NCBI GenBank assembly: GCA_964016885.1
Contig: OZ024740.1
Coordinates: 241,242,001-241,306,000 of the forward strand
Reading direction: 5' to 3'
DNA length: 64,000 nt
Source: Eledone cirrhosa
Taxonomy: Eukaryota
Shown here: positions 55,000 to 64,000 of the stretch, piece by piece
Position numbering within the stretch: the stretch's first letter is position 1
Layout: each line of letters starts with the position of its first letter
Position numbers and translations under genes: made by a program
Notes under the pieces: model-generated
The model's database searches: none
What the model was told of the DNA's origin: nothing
What the model saw: the letters and a program-made list of their open reading frames with translations, nothing else

Positions 55000-55470
55000 C
55001 GGGTAAAATTCCCAAGATCCATGGATGAGTTCTCTCAAGTGGTGTCTGTCCCTCATCATCGCGGCCATGTCCTGCGTCTCACAGAGACCAGTGTCTGTCC
55101 TTAGGGGTTCAATATATGTCAACTTCGGTCTCGCTCTTCTAATGTGTCCGTATAGGGTATCGCATAGGACCACTGAGTGCAGTGTCGACTCTGAATGTCG
55201 GTGAGCATGTCCAGCTAACCTCAATTTCCTCTCTGTCACTTTCGAGCTGACTTTTGGGAGGCTCTCGAACATCACTGAGTTCTTCAGAGTATATTGATTA
55301 ATGTTCAGAGCCATCCTCAGCATTCTCGCGTAGCACCCATCCACCATCTGAGTGAGTCTTTTTGTCAGTGTCCAAGTCTCAAACCCGTACAGCAGCACAG
55401 ACTCCACTGTAGTGACGAAGAGAGGGATCTTAAGGTCTTTACGAAAGCCTGACTTCCACATCGACCTCAA
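55000..55470 (-). mobile_element. 3' fragment of an RTE-like LINE
   Basis: VESVLLYGFETWTLT...DGCYARMLR...LRLAGH...RPKLTY. Same family as 24060-24222. Confidence 0.85.
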
Positions 55471-56503
55471 ACTGTATATACTGTTTAAATGTTTATTTCA
55501 TTGTGACTGTTGCGTTTGCATCATCTCAATTCGTGAATTATGGAGTAAACACAAGTAAGCATTCCATGTCGGTTGTATGTATCCAACAGTGATATGGGAT
55601 CAAGTACGATCAGACGCAACACCGTTATACGAATATTTGTTAAAACAAGCTTGTGTTATTACATAATTCTTTATTTTAGATTATCAAGTTCTTTATATGG
55701 TTCAACGAAAGACATGTTCATTGTCACGCATGTCACTCGTTGAACCTCATCACAATGTTTCTCGTGTAACTTTTACTTAAATGCAAAATACTCTCTGATG
55801 AAGCTATGCCAGCCTAATTTACGATTGTATAACAGCAATGCACTGACGTTTGCCCAGATCATCAATAATTAAAAAAAAATATATGTCTATATGTATATAG
55901 ACATATATCATTAGAGAAATACATAGTATTTTGAACATATGAATAAAAAGCATATAATATTTAGGAAACGTATACTTTAAGGTGGAAAAATTAAATTCCT
56001 TACAACACTGTTTCTTGAACTGGATTCAAAATCAATCTAAGTAATCGATTATCGATTACCAACTATCGATTTTGGTATAGTCCCAGGAGATGTGGAACTA
56101 ATCGTCAGAGGAAAAAAAGTCTTGTTACAAGTTCCAATGAAATACAAAATACATTTATATCTGTCCTATTCCGAGAAATAATCAATCCAGACCACATGGG
56201 ATGAATTAAAATTTAACAGCAACGGCGGATAGATATAGGACTGGACTTTGTGTCCGATAGAAAGAGGTACGATGCACCGGTCACAGCAGAAGCAGCTCAA
56301 CAAATTAAGAATTTGGAGCAAACATATATTAATTTAAAGTATCATACATATATAATATGTATGATGAAAACGTTTCTCAGTGAAAAAGCTCAACGGTAGT
56401 TTGTCCAGAGCATCAATAATTCAAATTTTGAAAAAAAAAATAGGCATATATTATTAGAGAAACACATAGTATTTTGTAAATATACAACAAGCATACAATA
56501 TTT

Positions 56504-56672
56504 AGCAGTATCAGTAGAGGGTCGGACGCCATCTTTGACGCAAAGAGTTACGTCCCTTTACGATCTGAGTTCAAATCCTGCCGAGGTTAACTTTGCTTTT
56601 CATCCTTACGGGGTCGATAAAAGTACCAGTAATGTACTGGATAATTGCTGGCCTTGTGCCAAAAGTAGAAAC
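56504..56672 (+). mobile_element. SINE copy without TSD (apparent target deletion)
   Basis: Its flanks align with the uninterrupted paralog at 55950-56000. Confidence 0.8.
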
Positions 56673-56951
56673 AAGGTGGAAAAATTAAAGTTCCTTGGAA
56701 CTATAAAACAACACTGTAAGGAATAACATTTTTCCACCTGAAAGTATATAATATTGTATGCTTTTTATAAATATGTACAAAAATGTCGATATACATATGT
56801 TCTTTTTAAAAATTTGAATTATATATATATATTTATATATATATATATATATATATATAGTAATACAAATAAATTTGAAGACTAAAATCAAAAGAGGGCT
56901 CGATAAGGATAAATATATATCAAATATATAAGAACCGTAGAGCATAATACA

Positions 56952-57022
<71 letters not shown>

Positions 57023-57023
<1 letters not shown>

Positions 57024-57230
57024 TTGATGGCATCTATGATGCTTCCATAGGCGGTATGCCGGTTGAGCACTCTATGTTCTAACAGAGCAGAGTGTGATAT
57101 AATATAAAACGAAAAATCAGTGATGCATCTGGACTCAATTTTTGTGTGATACAATTGTTTCGCCGGCGAAACAATTGTATCACACAATTGAAACACAATA
57201 AATTGAGTCCAGATGCATCACTGATTTTTC

Positions 57231-57239
<9 letters not shown>
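57023..57239. mobile_element. Fold-back insert in (TA)n, family H
   Basis: Arms 57102-57164 and 57165-57239 (right arm has a 12-nt insertion). Centre TTTCGCCGGCGAAA followed by CAATTG-TA (hammerhead 3' half). Tail 57023-57101. Confidence 0.8.
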
Positions 57240-57273
<34 letters not shown>

Positions 57274-57277
<4 letters not shown>

Positions 57278-57430
57278 TAATATATGATAAACACAAAAGT
57301 GTTTGTAATACAAACACTTTTGTGTTTATCATATATTAATTTATATTAACTTGTATTTCTCGGCTCAGAAATGCTTCTTTCTTTGAGCTAATTAATTGTA
57401 AAGGACTGTTTGAGTTCATAACTCTGAATA
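57274..57430. mobile_element. Short fold-back insert in (TA)n, family I
   Basis: Arms of about 34 bp centred on 57308, with a tail to about 57430. No hammerhead retained. Confidence 0.65.
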
Positions 57431-57666
57431 TAATATAATATATATATATAAACAAAAGTTTATATGGTTCGTTGATTATTCAACGAATTCATTTTTACAA
57501 CAGATTAGAAGCACTCTACAGCATTTATCTGGAGTATCCTTAATATTCAAAATATTAATAATTGAGAAATACTTTCACATGACCAAAGTATATATTTTAT
57601 TATATATATTTCAAGGGTACAGTGGCTTTTAAGTACGGTTTCATCAGATAAAATACAAGAGATTGG

Positions 57667-57726
<60 letters not shown>

Positions 57727-57807
57727 CCAATCTCTTATCATCTGTTTACCCGGGTGAAGCTGGGTACGTCAGCTAGTATATATAAATATGTGTTTATTCA
57801 TATTTAT

Positions 57808-57877
<70 letters not shown>

Positions 57878-57910
57878 ATATGAATATGAATAAACACATA
57901 TTTATATATA

Positions 57911-59040
57911 CTAGCTGACCCAGCTTCACCCGAGTAAACAGATGATAAGAGAAGACAGGTAAAAGAGAAAATGACTGTATTGGATGTTTGTCTGGTTACA
58001 CTATGAGGCGAGTCCGTGGTGTCTGTGTGATACAGAAAACAGTAAAAAACAATCTTCCAGATATACCAGATTCTTCGTTGTACCGTTTGTGCAAATTATA
58101 TGAACAATTCTAGGTGCTCCCACCTAGAATAGTGACCTCTATGAGATGGTTCATCTTCTGCCTGACTGTAAAACGTGTATCATTGCATAGACGTGGTTGT
58201 TCCACGTTTATCAAAAGGATGATGGAAGTTCCAATCTTTTATATTATATGTAGATATAGATATAGATAATTAATATAAAAGATGATGCTCAGCGAGTTCG
58301 TCTTCAACCATCGCAGCACGCCGTCACTGTTTAGCTCCAGTGTTTCGTTGGTGTTGTTCAGCCAGCTCCTCTTCATTCATGGCGGCACGTCTTCGCCTCT
58401 GAAGTTCGGCGTTCCGATGGCGCTGCTCGGTCCGTTTTTCTTCATTCCTGGCTGCACGCCGTCACCGCTGTAGTTCACTGTTTGATAAAGTCGAATTGCT
58501 TTTATTATCAGTATTCATTTCGAGCAATTGTCAAAAAATGACACAATAATAAATATAAAAGATGTCCGTCAATGTAAAAAAAGGTCCCTATTTACTCCCT
58601 TCACAACTCTGTGTATGTTAGACTGACATACAGGCACACAGACAGATAAACTGCGTGGCGATTGTGGAACGCCCCACGTACACACACATACACGCATGGA
58701 AACGTGCACACGCACGCAAACTTCACACGCACGCGTGCACTTACACACACTTAAACACTCACACATGTTGATAATTTTTACTTTCTGTGGAACTCTGCAC
58801 GCACGCACACACTCATAAACATACGCGCACGTACATACACACGCACACATGGTAATAGTTACAGCGTTCACTCAGCCTCTCTATTTCTTACTCTTCCCTC
58901 TCACTCCCTCATTGGCATTATGCGTATTGATTTAAGTTTGGCTTCGTTGAGGTGGACGGAGTCGTTTGAAACCTATGAACCAATGATAATCCAGAATTAT
59001 GACACACGGAATACTGACGTTGTTGACATTAATATATAGA
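57911..59040 (-). mobile_element. Non-autonomous Helitron with a Pif1-helicase remnant
   Basis: Minus strand begins A/TCTATATATT and ends hairpin...CAGCTAG/T (AT target, no TSD). 58118-58240 translates KIGTSIILLINVEQPRLCNDTRFTV...HLIEVTILGG (Helitron LLRN...LCNGTR motif). Confidence 0.8.
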
Positions 59041-59622
59041 TATAGTTCCAGAGATATCTCACTATATACATATTTTCTTTAGACAATTATATGTATGTGT
59101 GTGTACGCGTGTGCGTGTCCATGTATGAACTTTGAACCACAGTAACTATTCTTATCACCCTCCTAGGTTTCTAAGCACATCACGTATATTGTAAACTTTA
59201 ATCTGACATTAATTACCGCGATGGAAATTCATAGGGATTATTTTATACAGATTCAGACAAGTGAATTAACTATCGATCACAGTCAGATGGTTATTCTTGC
59301 AATGTTGCCAGCCAAAGACATTTGTTACAAGACACGTAACAGTATTCAGTTGGGCATACGTTAATAACCTCTTCGTCCTACGCGTGCGTGTTAAGCGCGT
59401 GTTTCTATTAGATACTGTTTATTCTTGTGTGTAAATTTAAGTATGCATATACATTCTCTTTGATTTCATGAATGTTAAAGTGAGTCACTGAATGTTTATA
59501 TGTATATGTTCTTATGATTTTATTTTTGAAATAATTTCTCACCAACAGAGAATGAGTCAGATTCTACTCGTGAAACAAGACCCTTTAATGGAATGTTTGA
59601 TAACATCAGATACATAGTAAAG

Positions 59623-59624
<2 letters not shown>

Positions 59625-59654
<30 letters not shown>

Positions 59655-59720
59655 TGTATGTATGTATGTATGTATGTATGTATGTATGTATGTATGTATG
59701 TATGTATGTATGTATGTATG
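59625..59720. repeat. (TATG)n microsatellite, one of dozens of (TA)n, (CA)n, (GA)n and (TATC)n tracts
   Basis: Directly visible. Confidence 0.95.
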
Positions 59721-59880
59721 TTCTTCTGGTTTTATAATTTCACAAATTTTTTTCACATAGAGAGAGAGTCGGTTTCTAACATAGACACAAGACTCTCTTT
59801 GTATCTGTACATGTGTATGTTTTGAGTTGTATGTGTGCATGTGTATATGCTTTGCATCTGTACATGTGTATATGCAGTTA

Positions 59881-62800
59881 TTAGATGCAAAATCTTTGGA
59901 ATGTTTTACATATTTTTACTGTTCCATTAATCGATTGTACTTGTAATTTCCTAACTAGTTGTGTTCTTTCTGTTCCTGTGAAGCCTAGATTCTCAAGATT
60001 TGTATTGAGGCAGTTACTAACATATCCCAGTGCCCCAATAATCACAGGCATACATCTGAAGGTGTAATCGGGGTGGAGTATCTGCAGATTTCTCATCAGT
60101 TTTGCATAAATATTCTCCTTTTCGCTAATCTTTGATATTATATTGGCATCTGCTGGGCAGCTAATTTCCACTACTGTGCATGCTTTCTTCTTCCCGTCCC
60201 ATATCATAATATCTGGTCTGTTATGCCTGCATTTTATTGGGATTTTTACTGGAACATTCCACCAGTACTCTTTCATATTATGTACATGGATGTCTTCCAC
60301 ATTGCTGTAGCTTTTAATGTGTTTATTATCGGGGCTATCTTTTTTACGAACTGCATCGTACAGTGTTTTGGCCACTACATCATGCCTCATAGGTAGATAG
60401 TACCGCGATGACATCTTAGGATAGCTGCTGATCACATGGATGATATCCTCGATGTTAGTTCTGCAGAGTCTGTACTTGTTATCACATCTAGGTGTTTTGC
60501 CTGCATCCCTATCTCTTTTGTGAATCAGGTATTTCGTGTTAATTTCCTGCTCTTGGATTGGAAAAGCGTATCCTTTAAAGTGGGAGCCAATATAGCGGCT
60601 GTTGGTCCAAGATAGACTACTTTTGCTGATAAGCATGCAGTTTTTCATCCATAGATTCACTGCGATACTGCTGACCGACTTCCCTGAGTGTGAGTTTTTG
60701 ATTACCACACAGGGAATATCTCTCGAGGAGTTCCTTCCCAACTCTCATGATCTTATCTGTTTCATGCAGATAGACTTGCTCGAGAAGTGGGCTCCTACGC
60801 TTCGAGGTTGGTAGATGTTGTCGGAGAGATATGATGCGACATTCAAATGTTGTCTGGACTGATGTTAAGCCTCAGCCTCCCTGCTTACGTTTCAAGTGAA
60901 GGCGGTCTATGTCACTGTTGATGTGGAAGTTTCTAGTGTTGTTTAGTATTTTTCGAGTTCCAACATCAACTGCTCGGATTTCGTCTATCGTCTAATTGAG
61001 TATTCCAAACGTTGGTGTTAGGACAGGCACAGCAAACATATTGTGAGCCTCTGTTTTGTTTTGCGCAGAGAGTTCCGATGACCAGATCTTTCTTAATCGG
61101 GTGTAGTATTCTCTGCTTACGCGTTCCTTATTACATATACCATTATAGGATATGTTCTCATCTATCCCCAGGTATATCTGTAGCAGTCCTCATCAGATAT
61201 CGGTAAAACAGTTAGGCCATTGATAACAATGTTGCTAGATTGGGTTGTTGTTTTTTCCCGCTTTACAGTCATATATGAGCATTTATTTTGGCCAAACTCC
61301 ATTCCTATATCCTTTGAGAACGTTGTAACAAGGTCAAGATTTTTCTTCATCCCATCCATGTTCTTGCCATAGAGTTTCAGATCGTCCACAAAGAAATTAT
61401 GGGTTAGGTTCGTATTTCTGTCCTCCTATGAGCCAATGATGTATCCCTCACATTTCTTGAGCAGAAAGGACAAGGGGTTAATGACAAGCTGTATATCACA
61501 GAAAGACTGTCCCCCTGAAATATACCCCTGCAATATTTTATTTTATCAGTGAAAATAGAGTCCTCCCTCTCTGTCTTTAACCTTAGGATAGTAGCCCAAG
61601 AAGAAGACAGCCTCTCTATGGCTCTGACAATAATGTCTGGGACTTTAGCAAGTTGGAGGGCCTCTATCATCCAAGAGTGGGGAACAGAATCGAAAGCTTT
61701 CTTGTAGTCCAGCCAGACTGTAGTCATATTCCTCCTAAGTTGTCGCACCTCCGACAACGCAGTTTTGTTGATTAGGAGTTGTTCAGAACATCTCCAAACC
61801 CCTTTCTTTCCAGCTGCTTGTTCATCTATGATGATGTTATTATTTTCACAGTGATCTTGGAGGAATAGGTTCAGGCAGGCTGTAAACATCTTATACATCA
61901 GGTTCTGGCATGCAATGGGTCGGAATATTTTGCCAAGTGGGTGTCTTTGTTCTTGGGGATCCGCAATGTTTGTGCTAATGTCAACCATTCTGGTATAAGT
62001 TTATCTTAAGAACTTGTTGGTAGAAGTCAGTAAGATACCTCCGATAGAATATCAGTTTTCTGTACCAGTAGCCTATCACAGTCTCACGGGTACCCTCACT
62101 TATTTCGTATGTTTTTGTTGTAGTGTAGGAGCAATAGTTCTTTCGGATTTCTCTTAGCCCCACTGCATCTTGGTTGAAATTCTTCTTTTCACCCCATATT
62201 TTGCTCCAAAAGGAATCTATGTCTTTCTGGGATGGGGCCTCACTTATTATTTTGTTCTTCATATCTCTATAGACTGATGTTTGGTTTCATCTGGATCTTT
62301 TATTAAGCACCTCTCTCTCCTCTACCTTCTTCAGGTATCGGCGTTTTTCGCTAACAGCTCTCAATTCTTGTTTGAGGGTGATCAGCTCATATTGAAGAGT
62401 TCTGGTTCTACTGTTACCAAACATCGTCTCTATTTCAATTTTCACTCTTTGTTGGTGACAAGTGAGGTTTTTTTGTGTTTGTTTGCATGTAAGGAGCATT
62501 GTCACATATCCTATGGTTTTTCGTAGGTCAGAAATCTTTTTTTCTATTTTAGTTATATATGATGGTATTTTTGGTGGTGTTCTGTTCTTGATAAGATCTC
62601 TGCTATCACTGTCGTTGCTAAGGCATATAAACAGGCGTTGATTTTCCAAAATGTTGGGGTTTTTATCTGTCGTAAATACTCATGCCCTATTTCGTCAATA
62701 ACACGTAATATTTCATTATTTGGTTTTTTATTAAATATTGTTGTTTTAATACATTCAGCAACAGAAATGTTTATACATGAATTCATTTCTCTCTGGAAGA

Positions 62801-63035
62801 TTTCTTTGAGGGAAATTTTCAACTGTTTATACTTTTGATTATCATCATTATTGATAGTATTTTCCACAATAGTCGAGGTAGACTCGGATGGTACACGTGG
62901 TGTCAAATTTCTTCGATTATTATTAGGTTCAGGCCTCGTGTTCAGGCCCCGAAAAAATATATCGCAGTCTCGTTCCAACGCTGTAAGAACTGGTGATGGG
63001 CCTGTGATATATAATGGGAGGCGTGGGACAGACAC
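59881..63035 (-). mobile_element. Near full-length R4/Dong-like non-LTR retrotransposon (RT, Zn knuckle, RLE endonuclease), multiply frameshifted
   Basis: RT FRPIACQNLMYK, WLDYKKAFDSVPHSW, RGIFQGDSLS, FFVDDLKLY. C-terminal RLC...H...RHD, RPDIMIWD...VEISCP...KISEK..Y, PVIIGALG. Confidence 0.9.
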
Positions 63036-63604
63036 ATTTTGTTTGATGTAATTATATATTCAAGAGACTTTAAATCAATCATCTCATCTGCAGACTTAAG
63101 TCTGGATCATCGCACTTTGGAGGTGGACAATATCAGTTACCTGTTGTATAACTATAATTCACAGAGGATCAACAGAATCATGTTTGTTCTTCAATACTAT
63201 AGAAAAGAATCTTCACAAGATAGATTTTATACAAGTAATACTTCACCTCCTCTTTTATAGAAGTAATACTTCACCTTGTTAACACCCACTGCTGTCTTTT
63301 TATTCATTAAGCGTAATATATTACACACACGCGCACGCACGCACACACACACACATACCCCCCCCATACACACACACCACATACTCACACGCACACAGAT
63401 ACATACACACCACACACACATACACATACAGACACTAACACACGTTCCACCTCTCCAACTACACACCCACACACATACATATACGCTACAACCACAGCCC
63501 CCTCCCAACTCACTTCCGTTCTGCGTGCGCCAACCACTCTCCCTCCCCTCCTCCTCTCCCACTTTCAGAAACGATGTCACGAACTCTTCTCTGACCTGTA
63601 TTTA

Positions 63605-63683
<79 letters not shown>

Positions 63684-63699
63684 ACACAAACACACACAC

Positions 63700-64000
63700 A
63701 CAGAAGCCTGAGCAGTGCACTCTACATGTAAAGAGAATTCTACTGAAGCAGGTAGAGAAGTTCAAGTATCTCGGGGCCATGATCACGAGTGATAGAAGGC
63801 AGCAGGCTGAATTAAGTGCAGGAATTGCAGGAGCTGGTGCAGTAATGCACCAGTTTCAGCATTCAGTAATCAAAAGAAGGGAGGTAGGTGTAAAAGCCAA
63901 ACTCACTGTCTTCAATTCAGTATTCATGCCAGCCCTTACCTAAGGTCATGAATCTTGGGTAATGACCGAAAGAATACGATCATGAATATAGAGTTCCTCC
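63700..64000 (+). mobile_element. RTE-clade LINE fragment, same family as 12246-12939, running off the window end
   Basis: LKQVEKFKYLGAMITSD...ARIA...LT*GHESW. Aligns with 12310-12560. Confidence 0.85.

Overview
AT-rich, microsatellite-dense animal DNA made almost entirely of transposable elements and their debris. The dominant tRNA-derived SINE resembles SINEs I recall from octopod cephalopods (inference). No intact host gene is evident; two possible minus-strand host exons are weakly supported. Recognisable elements: a full-length frameshifted RTE LINE nested in a hAT/Charlie element, a near full-length R4/Dong-like RLE LINE, three Tc1/mariner relics, a Helitron relic, several GIY-YIG Penelope-like element (PLE) relics and more than 20 SINE copies, many with clear target-site duplications (TSDs). 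The most striking pattern is eight fold-back (palindromic) inserts from about seven sequence families. They sit in (TA)n tracts, usually with a one-sided tail, and most carry a whole or partial type I hammerhead ribozyme motif read by eye. Three families show the compensatory U3-A8 core TTGAAAA. One short hairpin family matches the 3' end of a GIY-YIG PLE in this same window, and another fold-back contains a GIY-YIG ORF. All calls are by eye; no folding or database search was run.
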